Shown here in pieces: positions 46,418 through 62,650 of a stretch of DNA of 64,000 nt. The notes below the pieces were generated by a model. It was not told where the DNA came from and ran no database searches. It was given only the letters and a program-made list of their open reading frames with translations. The stretch is from Zygnema circumcarinatum SAG 698-1b (taxonomy: Eukaryota > Plantae > Zygnematophyceae). Made by a program: the position numbers and the translations under genes. Positions within the stretch are counted from its first letter, which is position 1. Each line of letters opens with the position of its first letter. The stretch spans positions 1,488,001-1,552,000 of the forward strand of contig CM074817.1 of the NCBI GenBank assembly GCA_037447605.1, given 5' to 3'.

Positions 46418-49400
46418 TCACTCCTTGAGCTCAATGGCCACCTTGTGGATGCTCTTCAGCCAAATTAGGGTTTCCCGGAGCCCCTCTTTGAGACTCCTTG
46501 GACGGTAGCCAAGCTCAGCGCAGGTGGAGGGGCTGCTGTACGCCCAGTCGTGTTGGAACACTCTCACTGTCTGCATCCAACGGAGGAGGAGAAGCCAATC
46601 ATAATCATCCCTTCATCATAAACCAGCATGAGATAGCATACAGCGGGAAAAAGGAGAGGCTCATCGACTTGCTTTAAGATCAGATTTGCAACGGTACCAT
46701 TATCACACAATTACGAATTAGTGATTGACTAAATTTGATAAAGTAAGCAAATAGTGACGGATTTTTCGGTCATCGCAGGTGGTGATTAAGTGGCTGTTTA
46801 TGCACGACTGCAGGTTTTTCAAATCCATGAAAGCCTTAAAAAGTTCAGAAAGGAGGTTCAAATTCCTTCCCCATCTACTCCTGCCAACGGCAATCACACC
46901 AAACCTAGCATCCTCTTGGGATTCGAGACGAATAAAGAGCCATAGCTTGTAGATACATTACATTACAAATAAAGAGCGGTGACTGAATGTTTTGAAAGAT
47001 AGGATTTTGCGCACCTCATGCGTTATGGTGGGTTGTGGTCCCCCCAAATAAGCAATCAGCACAGACAGAAACCCTATAGAGCGAGCCACAACAAAGGGAA
47101 TATGAATGCTTGGAGGTGAAACTCCGGTCAATTCCTCCAAAGCCTTGAAGAAGTCCACAAAGGACCCGTTCTCTCCCACCAGCAAGTAGCGCTGCCCCGG
47201 TTTCCCCTTTTCCAATGCTGCTATGATGCCATCACATACGTCATCTACATAGACAAATGATGTCAACGATGTTCCTGCTCCGATGTATCCTGGGAAACGC
47301 CCCTTCAAGTGATCGCATATCTGGCAGAAGAAAACATACATTAGTAAATAATTAGTTTTAGCATTCTATACGTGGGAAGGGGATGGGGAGGGGGAAGAGG
47401 AGGGGGAAGGGGAGGGGGAGAGGGAGTGGGGGAAAGGGAAGGGGAGAGGGGGAGAAAGGGGAGGAGGGAGTTTGGAGGGGGGAGGGGGGGAGGGAGGAAG
47501 GGGGGAAGGGGGAAAGGGGGGGAGGAGAGGCTTTCATTTTTGCGTACTCAAGATAGTCACAGCCTCACGGAGAATAGTGTACGCCTGCTATGACTTTAAG
47601 GTCCATAGTGACGAGCTCCAAATGAGAAAAAAAAACTCACTATTTGGGGCAAGAGATTTCCAGAGGTAAGCTCTCCTGCTCCGTATATCACTCCCGGATA
47701 TACGGCCACAACGGGGAGGCCATCTTTGGCTGCGCGCTGAGCGATCCCATCACTCAACCACTTGGTGCGTTCATACTCTGTGCAGAAGTCCTTTCCTGCA
47801 TGGACCTAATCTCAATTCACAGTATATATCAGTCAGGCAAACATCAGACAATTACAAGGGATTCGCAACAATGCACATTCATAACCGAAGCGATAAATGG
47901 AGATCGGAATCCAGAAATGGAGATATTCTCATATGGTCATAGGTCATAGGGTTCCATGGAGGTGTGTCTGAAATGACAAGTATAGAGGGTTAGGGTTTAA
48001 CGAACCAGTATGCAGGAAGTCCCTGAGTGACGAACATTTTTACTTTAAAAATGAACACAAAAGCAAAAACGCACTCTAAACTAGTCGTAATCATCATCAT
48101 CAACAACCTTTACCTGCTCTTCATTCGCAACATAGCCGTCAGTAGGACCCAATGCAAAAAAGCTCGAAACGTGCACAAGACGCTTGAGGGAGGCCGTCCG
48201 GCGAAGAGCTTCAATCATGTTCTTCAGCCCTCCAACGTTCACCTTCCTCCCCGAATTGCATGCTGCCACGTGTCAAAAATGACAAACCCATGCGAACCCA
48301 TGCGAGCCTCTCTCTCCTCTCTCATATCTACTAGTCGCCAAAAATGGGTCTCCTTCCTTTTCCCTTATCTTGATGAATCTGCAATGCCTGCTCTTTACAA
48401 CTGGCATACAGTGCCAAGGAATATTTCCTGCATAGATAATGCCTAAAGGAAGGATGTGTTCTTAGGGGAGCTACAAACATACTCTTTCGAAGTCTTGAAC
48501 CTTTCGGGTCCATGCTTGCACTAAAGCTGCAGAGTGGATAGCCGCTTCGCAGTCAGCGCAAGCAGCCAAAACCTCTTCCATGTTGCAAACATCTCCCCAG
48601 ACCACCTCTACATTTGGAGGGAGCGCTCTCTTCTTGCGACTCTTCCGCACAAGCACTCTCACCTGAGCCCAAGCAATAATAATAATAATAAATACATAAA
48701 CGTAGGTATAGCAGCGGAGCAGGTTAAAGGGGTAGGGCTTGTACAATTGATACATCCATTATGAAATTACTCCTTCTCAAAAGTTGTGCTGGAACAGGGA
48801 AAGTGGTGAGTTTAGTGGTTGTGCCACAAAGCCTACGTCAACAACTTGATCGCTCTATTTCATAGAAAAATGTTTAAGCCTCACCTAGTTCTTCCTCCAA
48901 ACCAGACAGAATCCTTTTTAACTCAAACTCTATTTAACTGCATTTAAATATGTGCTTCATAATGCTATCCCTTGATGCGCAGTATTGGGATCCATGCTCA
49001 TTTGGGAGCAACTGCATTCTATAGGAAACGAAAGTCATAGACTGGCTGTGTGGAATTTTTGGAGTAAAAAACCGAAAGACCGTGTGTGATGTGCTTCTGT
49101 CATCGTTGAAAAGATTAGGGACCCAATTTTATCGGTACAACAATAAGAAACTTATTTAAGAAGAGAATCAATATGCTCATTCCGAACAAGTCCAGAAAAT
49201 GATGATTGGCTGAGAAAACAGAGTTGAGATTTGCTCTTGTTGGGGTCATACATTGAAAGACCAAGTTACAGAGTTGTGCTTATGATATCTGTGCTCGTTT
49301 TATTTTTATATCCTAGCCCAGCCTAAATAATCCTAATCCAATTTATTACATTTGTTCGCATAGAGATTTGTTGAAGACTTTCTGGGTCTCATTACGTTTT

Positions 49401-49550
49401 TTCCAAGGTATTGAAATCATATCCTCAAGCATCCTATCTTAAAATTAACATTAAAATCAATCCAAATTTCACCTGATGCCCCTCCTTTACGAGCAACTCC
49501 AATAAACGCCCTCCTAGGAAGCCAGTGGCACCCGTCAGAAGGAGCTTCAT
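46418..49550 (-). CDS. FLDH: NAD(P)-dependent SDR, farnesol dehydrogenase-like (epimerase/DFR superfamily)
   Basis: MKLLLTGATGFLGGRLLELLVKEGHQ|VRVLVR..GDV..HSAALVQAW..|VNVGGLKNMIEA..VHVSSFFALGPTDGYVANEEQ|..FCTEYERTK (YxxxK)..VYPGVIYGAG..GRFPGYIGAG..VYVDDV..ELGYRPRSLKEGL, closely following Arabidopsis FLDH as recalled. Confidence 0.88.
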
Positions 49551-50163
49551 TCCCTGAAAGGAAGAAATGACGATCTGCCACGTGTCGTTCAGTTAAGGGG
49601 CATGATGATCTCGAACATATGCGATACATTCGTCCAAACCCTAACAATGCAGCCCTGTCCCTTTTCATTGGTTTTTTAGTTAGGGTTTCGTGCTGGATTG
49701 GTCATCAGACTCAATAAACTTGAGTCGCTTGCAAAGGAGATGGAGATAGGGCTATCTTCCTCTCCCGACATGCGCCGAGCGCTTTCAAGAAACGCAATTT
49801 ATCCAAACAAACGGGACAAGCGGCTTAAAGCAAGTTCCTGGGTCAAGTCAACTTGCAACTTTTCCCGCACGCCGGCATGCGGCATTCAAACCCAAAGGCC
49901 CAAGTGCCTCATGCCATAAACCACAAGCCAATATCCGACTCTTTCGTAGTCTTCGAGCGCCCTTAGCCCTGACACCCCCCTGCCCTCCTCCACCATCTAC
50001 ACTCTCCAGCAAGGTCAATGCCCTACCAGAAATTAGGCCTTCTAGGTCCAAAAGCTTCAAGCCCTCTCAGACAACTGCACAGCTGGCGGGCCCTGTGCAG
50101 CCGTCAGGCGAGCTACGGAAGCCCCTCTCCCTCTCTCCCTCACCCTTTCTCTCTCTCTCTCTC

Positions 50164-53759
<3,596 letters not shown>

Positions 53760-53861
53760 GTTCTCCCTGGTGAGAGTTTAGGCTGCCCCTCGCACTGAGA
53801 GCAGGCCGTTGGCTATCGACAAATACACTCGACCACCGTCCAATGGCGATTCGTACATTTC

Positions 53862-54081
53862 GTACACGTGGCTTATCGCCATTGGATCGACTCTAGAGCC
53901 CCCGCCCCGCCCCGACCTGTACACGTGGCTTATCGCCACTGGATCGACTCTAGAGCCCCGCCCTGGTCGGGGCGGGGCGGTTAGAGGGCTGGCACGTGTG
54001 ACGTGACGTGACGTGGCGTGACGTGATATAATGTGACGCGGTGTGACGGGACATGATGTGACATGAATCGCGTGACGTGAC
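53862..54081. promoter_or_regulatory. Candidate cis-regulatory cluster: duplicated 45-bp unit with G-box (CACGTG) plus a (GTGAC)n/TGACG array
   Basis: GTACACGTGGCTTATCGCCA(T/C)TGGATCGACTCTAGAGCCCC occurs at 53862 and 53919, followed by GC boxes and about 10 GTGAC units (53997-54081). Function is inferred only. Confidence 0.4.
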
Positions 54082-54279
54082 CGGTGGTGCGGCTGACAGG
54101 ATACATGTGCATGCGCTTGCATGTTGCCGCGCTAGCTGGCTGCCTGAGGGTCGTCGTGCGCACTGCGGCATATGGCAGAAAGCACACAGCGCACACGGAA
54201 TGCCGTCAAACCGCAGTCGTGAAGCAGCTACCAACAATAACACAATGATGGTTCTCCACGAAAAACTATCATTTTCGCG

Positions 54280-54445
54280 GCTGCTTCTAGGGATGGCTGT
54301 GTTGTTGAGCCTAGGCGTAGCTATCCGCTCCTACCTTTTTTCTTTCGTCCTTAGGTCCTTTGCAAGCAGTTCCTCGTGGTTCCCCATGCTGATTTTGTCC
54401 ATGTACATTTGATGGCATCGCCATCGTGAGTTCAATGACGCCTCT
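54280..54445 (-). repeat. Dispersed repeat, copy 2 (see 27430-27595)
   Basis: Reverse-complement alignment visible by eye. Confidence 0.85.
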
Positions 54446-54715
54446 TCTTTTCCTCTAATGTTTTCAATGGATCACAAAGAAGACACATGGTTTGTTTCAT
54501 CGCACAATAGAGGTGCCCAGCACACGAGTAACAACAGGGGGAGGCGACTACTATTGTGATGCAAGCGTAGATTTTGAATTCTGGTAATCGCTCGAAACCA
54601 GTAGGGGGCGACCGTGTGAAAAAGCGACCCATTTCAAATGGTGGCGATGTTCTTGTTCGTTGTGACAGAGTGCAACTGCCCCCCTGCAGTTGTCGCTTGT
54701 TTTTTAAACACTGAA

Positions 54716-54817
54716 AATCCCTTAAACCCTAGAACCCACATTCCTAAAACCCCACAACCCTGAAACCCACACCCCAAAAACCCTAAAACCCAGAACCCTA
54801 AACCCCACAACCCTAAA
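54716..54817 (+). repeat. Degenerate telomere-like (AAACCCT)n / telo-box array
   Basis: About 12 imperfect units including TAAACCCTA, AAACCCTAAA and AACCCTAAACCCC. Confidence 0.65.
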
Positions 54818-55033
54818 AGAAAAAAGAAAGCTATGTTGCGCACAACTCGAGCTTGCGATGGCTTTACTTCTCCACCATTGCTATTGCTATGTAGTCAACC
54901 GGCGTAAAAGCAGAAAGCGAACGAAGTAAAATCCTATGTCACTCTTGACCGCGGTTGAAAGCGTCCGAGGTTTAAAAACAAACGTGGAAACAATCGAAGC
55001 TCATGAAACTGAGGTGCCGTACAGGCACCGGCC

Positions 55034-58000
55034 ATGCGCCGCTCCGCGCACACCGGGACCCGCTCCCGCTCGCTCTCCACGTCGCTGTCGGCACCTCCCT
55101 CGGCGCGCGCTGATTGGCCCTCGGGGGGTACGTCGCCCTCCGAAGCATGCGCCCACAAAACGGAAGCCGCCTCGGCATGGCCCACCATGGCATGTGACGG
55201 CCCGCCCATGTCCCATGCCATGCCATGCCATGCCATGCCAGCCATGAGGCGGCGTCCCCACGACCGTGCCATGCCGGGCCGTACGGACGGCGTCAGGAGG
55301 ACACGGAGCGTGCGGCGAACGGTCAGAAAGCGGCGCCCTCTGCCAACGGAATATTTGAGCAGTGTCGGCGCACGTGCGGCAGTTAGCGCGCCGTTAGCAA
55401 ATTTGGCGGGCCGTTCCGCGGGACGGCGGGGAATCTGCGGCGATACAGGGACTCCCTGGCACTTGGCAGAGGCAGATGCTCTGCTGCAGGAGCAGGGGCG
55501 GGAGGGGGTGGGAGAGAGAGGGAGAGGGAGAGGGAGAGAGAGTGAGGAGGGAGAGATACAGAGCTTCATGTCGGGACGGTTAAGGAAAGGCGGGGGTAGA
55601 GCTGCAGCTGATCTGAAGGGGCAAGGAAGTGAAGCGTTGCTTAGGGGCGTGAAGGGGAAGAAAGCGGCTTCAAGTAGCTTGAGTGTGGGATTCATGGCGT
55701 TACCGTCAGGCTTGGCCTGCTTGCCGGCTATGGAAGCTGGCTCGCTTGCGGCTTGTATCATGCGATCGTTGGATTGTTCACTTGGCGAAATGCAGCAGGA
55801 GGCAGGTGGCCGTTGTTTGCAAGGAGCTTCATGTGGAGCAATGGATCCCCCTCGGCAATGTAGCATTGCGGAGTTTGAACTGCCGTCATTTGGCAGAGAT
55901 CCTGCCGGTGCTATTAGACACTCTGGAGTGATTCTTTCTGCATTAGGTGGGAAAAGTCAACAGGGTGCATGTGACTTGGATGAGGAAGCAGATGAAGCGA
56001 CGTTGGATTATTCGTCTCCGCTTACTTCACCATCTCCTCCTTCATCGCCTGTCTCTCCTCTACCGGCTCAGCACATTCCGTACATGTCGCCTGAGCGTGC
56101 AGCAGCCATACTACGGAGTATCGCTCTTGCAGGGTCTGCGAAAGGGGGACCTAGGGCCTTGACTGGGCTTCATAATCTCGGAAACACCTGTTACATTAAC
56201 GCGTGTGTACAATGCTTAAGTAACTCGGCTCCTTTAGCGCTCTATTTTCTTAAGGAAGCTGCAAAAGGTTCCATCACGAAAGGAACTGGCATCCTACCAG
56301 TTGATTCTCGAGTGACAGGAGTGCATCAGCGGCTATATGCGTCACAGAGCAGTTTTGATCTTGGATGCAAGGATGATGGTAGGCGTCGGAGCAACTGGGA
56401 CGATTTGCAACTTCCGAGAATTGGCCTGGCGGGAGGTGGTCGAGAGTCACCTTGCAACGCAGTTGCTCATGCAGAAGAATCACCCCGTTCAGGAGCCCTA
56501 TCTGAGAGTTGCTTATCCTCAAGTTTTGGCCAATTATTAAACGAAATGTGGTCGGCTAAGCCAATGTCAGCCCTCTCCCCGTGTGATCTTCTCAAAAGTG
56601 TACAGAGCCACGTCTCGCAGTTTGCCGGATATAGACAACATGATTCTCAGGAGTTTCTACGCTCATTTATGGAAAAGCTGGATGAAGAATGCAGTCAAGT
56701 GAAGGTGCATTTCTACACCTTTGAGGAATGCAGCTAACCTGATCAGTTTCAATATAGTGCCACTGATCGTGTTGGTCTTTGCTGTTTCACTTGTTTTGCT
56801 GCATCGTTTTACTGTGAACCCTTGTGTCAGGATTAGTTAGTTTCTGCTCGAGTTCTCTTGTGTGGCATTGGGGACTTCGCTGTGAGCATCCTCGCCATCT
56901 TTCCTGCAGATTCATGCTGAAGTCTTTACCTTTATGTTCTTTTTAAGGCTTAGGTCTATCCTCTGTTGACGTCGGACAGCTGAATTGAAGAGATTTGGAC
57001 TGCCTTAACGATTCTTCTGCATGACTCGATGGTTGAACAGACAACTGTGGGGAGCGTTTCATCGGACGAATTGGACAAGCTGTCAGAAGCAGACCAAGCC
57101 AGGGCATATTGGGATATGCATATGGCAAGATATAAGAGTCCAATCCAAGATATTTTTTGTGGTAGGTTTTAATCTTCTCTGTGTTGCATCCCTTTTGCTC
57201 GCTGGCATCCTGTTAGCATAGGAGGAAAGGACGGCTTTCTATTTTTGTGTGGGTGCCATGTAATCGTGATCACTTCTGGTCTGAGGGTTTCTGTAAGTTC
57301 TAAAGTTGTGCGTTTCAGTGATTGACAAAACATCTGGCTGTGTCACATAGAATGTAAGCTGGTTTTGTACGGTGCCCGCAAAGATTGGACAGTTGATGAA
57401 GTGTAGGGGTTGCTTTTAATCTGGGTGCTTCTTTTTCCACCGATCTGGCCATGTTCATCTCCATTAATTGTGACCAATTTACTGAACAGCTCTCATCGCC
57501 CTGTTGCAGGCCAACTGCAGAGCACTATTGAATGTAGGTCGTGCAGGCGAAGGTCACACTGCTTCGATCCCTTTCTTGATCTATCTCTCCCAATTCCAAA
57601 GCAGAGTGGTTCAAAGAACGTCACTTTAATGGACTGCGTTGCTGCTTTCATGAGCGAGGAACGGCTGGAAAATGACAATGCTGTAAGTGAAACCTTGATG
57701 ACGGGTTAGGACCCGACATAAACCTTGATATCTGCTTAAACTTCGTTTAACATGGCTACTCCACTAAATGAAGGATATACTAGAATCAGTCTGGAGTTTG
57801 ATGTGACTGTCAGTTTCAGACCATTTGGACAAGCCTCTGATTCATGGTTGTGTAAGCCAGTGCTCTGACCCTTGCAAACATGATCTGTGCATGTCTGCAG
57901 TATCACTGCAGCAACTGCAAGTCCCCACAGCCTGCAGTCAAAAAGTTCAATATTTCGAAATTCCCACCACTACTGGTGTTGCATGTGAAGGTATTCTTGC

Positions 58001-58950
58001 GTTAAGCCCTTCCAGCTCGACCTCATCTAGCGAACAATTGTTTTGAATAACATTCGTCTCTGGATTGGACTGTTTTGAACTTCCAAGAGTTTTGTTTGTA
58101 TCCTGAAGCAAATCAACTTTTTCAGTGCATGTATGTTTAGAGTGGAATCATAGAGGAGCAGCATAAGTGATACTGACATAATGGTGGTGTCTGCAGAGAA
58201 TTTCAACATTGGGATATCACTCTTTTCAAAAAGTCTCATCATTTGTACACTTCGATCTAGAGGGGCTGGACTTCGAGAAATTTATCAGGTGAGTGTTGTT
58301 GCTTCACCGTTGAAGACAATTCTGAAAGTCTGTTCATTTACAGCATTCACTTTTTGGGCTTTGCAAATGGAACTAAGGCGTTTTTCTAGAGTTCTGCTGG
58401 AGGGACTGATTTGTTGAACTGCTGAGTGAACTTCTCAGTTAGGACGAGCATGTAAACCAGAATATCCATGTACATTCAAGGTCTCATACTTCACCAGAGC
58501 TCGAGAAATGCATGAGCAGAACACCTGAAACCCTAAAGGTTGTGATCAAACTGCACAGCACGGTACCTGGCTGCATTCAATGACAGATTACATGATGTCA
58601 ATGCTAATTTGCAGTCGAAACATCAAGCCGATTTTTGATGATTTCTTCATTTTCACTCTTCGTCTCCTCCTGTTGGAAATCTACTGTCCAGAGGTTGTTT
58701 TTACCGATACTCTTTTGTTTTTTCGTGCTGCAGTCCTGCTGTGAACACTGACCAGAGGCCCATATACGACCTTTACGCTGTATGCAATCACACCGGATCG
58801 ATCTCATCCGGGCACTACACTGCATACTGCAAAAACGTTGACAATGGTCTTTGGTATTGCTACAACGACTCCAAAGTATCTCAAGTTGCATCGTCGGCTG
58901 TCTGCAGTTCAGCGGCGTATGTTCTCTTCTACCAGTTACGAGACATCTAG
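55034..58950 (+). CDS. Ubiquitin-specific protease (C19, USP2/8/21-like catalytic domain) with a long low-complexity N-terminus
   Basis: Cys box GLHNLGNTCYINACVQCLSN; QHDSQEFL; IQDIFCG|QLQSTIECRSC..FDPFLDLSLPIP; YHCSNCK..KFPPLLVLHVK|R; His box YDLYAVCNHTGSISSGHYTAYCK..WYCYNDSKV..AYVLFY. The start codon is uncertain (55034 or a later ATG). Confidence 0.9.
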
Positions 58951-60576
58951 TTTGAACTATCCCTTCAGAACCCATGCCAAGTCCACGAATAAGACAAGCA
59001 ACAGGAGGGATGGCAGCTTCTGGAGAAACACAGTTCGTGTCCATTTGCTGGCGGCTGGACATGGGTGCAGTCTTTTTTCTCTGCCAGCGATTTTTTGAAG
59101 GTATTTTTTCTATTTTAATTCAAGAACGGTAGAGGTGAATTATGTCACACTGGAGGCTATTTTTTTCTTGTTTGATTTGAACCGGAAGGCGCAGCAGCGA
59201 CCAAGAGAAGGGGCTGCAGTGGGCTTCAAATTGCTTTGAATAAGGGGTGGTACAGAAAGCTGGAGGGCCCAAGTAGAGTAGCAGTTCCATTGAATCGATG
59301 AACTTTTCCTTAGCAGGGTGACAGAGAAGACTCAAATCTCATCAAATAATGGGAGTTGTGTAGCCTTTAGACTGGTAGAGGTAGGTCTGGAATCCGGGCA
59401 ACAGGAGGGTTTTGAAGGAACAGGGGGAGGGAGTCTTGAAGTTTCTTTTTCACCTCTAGGTGCGGGAGCTGGATAAACTCTGCAAATCAGTTTGCAGGAA
59501 CGGAACTAAAAAGTAAAAGATAGGAAGAGGTGAAGGTTTTGCGTCTGGATTGAAGGAGATTTAAATTCCACGTGAAGGCTTGTTAATTATGAGCAATGTT
59601 GGAGCGTTTATGTATGGGGTATCAAATTGGGTGTGCCATTGTTTCGTTAGGCGTCGAGTGCATTTTACAATGGCACCTTTTGTGCTGAGTGCTTTTGAAA
59701 GCAAAGAAGGGAATTCCGCCATGCGCGCGCAAAGATAGAAACAATGACACATGGCGACATGCACACCTCAGAATCGGAGTTTGTGGGAGCGCAGTTTTTA
59801 CCGGCCAATATTCAGAGCTGCTTTCAAAGTGCTTCCCCTTCTCTATTTCTGGTAATCCGTGCCATGCGAATTCAGCAGGAAGCTAGTCGTGCGAATTGGC
59901 ATCAATTCCACGATGGCGATGCAAGCTGCCAACTCTTCAAAAAAATTCAAGCTTTCTATGCATGATACCGTTCTGTACACCAGTACGCTTGCCGTACCGT
60001 CACCGTACACTCTTTGTACCATTGCCGTGCATCGTCCGTTCGGTCCCTCGCCGCCCGCCCTCCCGCCGGTAGCAGTCCCCTCCATAATTATTCCCAGCGC
60101 CCGCGGTGCGGCCGCGGCCAATCAGGAGCCGCCGACGGCCGCGCGGGAGATAGCCGACAAAACGGATACTTCGTCGTCTAGGATAGAGTGCAATATCGTA
60201 TCTAGATATTGTCAGTGACCGACAGATTGTGCCGGCGCCGGTAGAGTCGAGTGTCTTAGCAGCGGCAGGCCGCCGGCGAGTTCTGGCGGTCACAGACGAT
60301 ACTCTGGCGATACCACGATATTTTTTATGACTCTTCCCAAACGACAAAATGGCCACCTATTTGTCGGCTATCGCCCAAGAGCCAGCCGTACGAGGGCGTG
60401 GTGATCGGTGGCTCCTGATTGGCGGAAGAGCTCCAGTTTACGACTCGCCGCGTGGCAGTACATGTGAAGGCGACGGTTACAGTAGAACTGTTCCACTTCG
60501 AAATCTGAACGCGAATCTAGGACCATGGAGACGGACTAGGACCGTCCGTACAACTGCCGAGAAGACCTGTCGAGAC

Positions 60577-60971
60577 TAGGGATGGCTTAATTACGACTAT
60601 ATAATATATATTATATTATATAACTGTGACGACTAAATAACGGCTGTTATATAATACTTTACAACGCCTTTACAACATGTACGGTCGTACGGTCGTACGG
60701 TCGAATGACTGTACGGTATTATGCGGTACGGATGCACGAGCAGACAGAGTGAACCAGACGGACGCATTTCGCAACGCCAACGCCAAAACGACCTAATTTT
60801 GGTATGGTACGATCGTATGACCGTACGAGTACGGCCGTACGGTCGTTAATTGTTCAAAACGAGTGGGTATAATATATGTAATAAAGTGTTTTACTTTGTA
60901 CTATATTACTACTTTTAAACCCGTTGTAAAGTATATAATATAGTCGGACTTTATAACGCGGGCCATCCCTA
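60577..60971. mobile_element. Non-autonomous hAT-superfamily element (395 bp) with 8-bp target-site duplication
   Basis: Terminal repeats TAGGGATGGC / GCCATCCCTA, resembling the Ac/Ds TAGGGATG end. Perfect flanking GTCGAGAC at 60569-60576 and 60972-60979. Internal repeated CGTACGG/CCGTAC motifs and AT-rich subterminal arms. Confidence 0.9.
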
Positions 60972-61061
60972 GTCGAGACTCGAGAGTCAGTTCTTAGTCA
61001 ATTAGTCAAGCACTAGACAGTCAGTTAGTCAGTCAGTCCGACAAAGACAAAATGATTAAGT

Positions 61062-61250
61062 CCGACCAAATGGCTCGATCATTGGGATGGTTGCCAACCA
61101 TTGGCAATACTTGCAGACATTGGCTGGTTATTGGTCGCAGTCGTGGTTGCCAATGGCTTGAACCATGGCTGGCGGACCCATCAAGCGTGGCCAATTATTC
61201 CACCATTGCACCACTGGTTGCGAACCACCGCCAATGGCTGGAAAACAAAT
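61062..61250. repeat. Degenerate CAACCA/TGGTTG palindromic array, possibly related to the 34811/45471 family
   Basis: Starts GTCCGACCA and contains GGTTGCCAACCATTGGC-type units; no right-hand terminal repeat. Confidence 0.4.
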
Positions 61251-62249
61251 ACAGTAGAACCAAACCAAAGCAAACCAAGCAGGAGCGTGGAGGCGAGGCC
61301 ATGGCCTTGGCCGCCCTATCATAGTCGTAGCCTTAGCCATGGCCATGGCCATGGCCATCCCGCAGCTCCGTCAGAGGCTATTGGAGGGAGCCTCCAGGAA
61401 ACCGAAAGAGACAAAAAACAAACCAAAAACTTGCACACGCGGCAGCAATTGAGGCCGCCACGTGGCAACGGCGGAGGCGGCGGACGCAACCGTTGGCGCG
61501 GTCAGCGAGTGTGTTTCACTTTGGGCTTTTGGCTTCTGAATTATGTCCGTACATTGCCGTACAGTGGCGTACGTCAATCCGTGGACCTCGCGGAGGAACG
61601 TGGCGTCGAAGTCATGTGCGGAGCTGTGAGAGAGGGAGGGAGAGGGAGAGAGAGAGAGAGAGAGGGAGAGGTGGGGGAGGGAGAGGGAGTCTAGAGAGAG
61701 GGAGAAGGGGGGAGAAAGGGAGATGGAGACGCGGTGGTAGGGGCGCTGGACTGTCTGCCGGCGACATATCCACTGGTGCTGCAGAGAGCGAGAGAGGTGA
61801 GAGTGTGTGAGAGGGAGAGGGAGATGCAAAAGTGCGCGTACATTCCGTATCTATACTGCTTTTTTTTGTAGGTACAGGATGAGGTTGAGGTAGAGAGACA
61901 AGCAGAGGAAGAGAGAGAAAATATTGGCATTTTTAAGTAAATGCCGTTCGCTTTTCTGTTTTTGAAAAGGGGGGCGCGCGCGAGAGAGAGAGAGAGAGAG
62001 AGCGAGAGAGGGAGAGCACAATTGCTCTATTTTCTGCCCCTATTGCACCTTTTTGACCCCCCCTTGTTCTATCTTCGTCCCTTTTTCTATGTCATTTCCT
62101 TGTGGAGTTTTCGGTTTATTCTCGACAGAAGTCTTCAAAATCGGTTGAAATCGAGCAATTAAGCTGAGCTTCAGAGGTCGAGTCTGATATTCAACGCCCT
62201 GCAGCAGCCATGTTTTAACGATCTGAATTTGTTTGTGTTCTGGCTGCAG

Positions 62250-62619
62250 ATGGTTGAGAATATGAGCATTGATCGTCAGAAAGACGGTCAAGTTTCTGTG
62301 CTCGTTGATGTGAAAGAGAGAGAGGAGGTAGATGATGACGCTTTGGATGACTTAATTGAAAGGCTGAATTCGAGGGGCACCACATTGCTCGTGAAGGTGC
62401 TCAAACCTCCCATGCTTTGTCTTCTGCACAACTATTAGCTTACGCTAATATCTTTTAAATCAACCTTCAGTAGCATGGAGTTAGACTTTCAGTTAAGCTT
62501 TTCATAATTGATTTAGTTTATTCATTTCATTGTCAAACAACAAATTCATTATATAGCCCTCTCTCTCTGTTACTTTCCCTCTACCCCCCCTTCCCTCTCT
62601 CCCTCTCCCTCCCTCCCTC

Positions 62620-62650
<31 letters not shown>

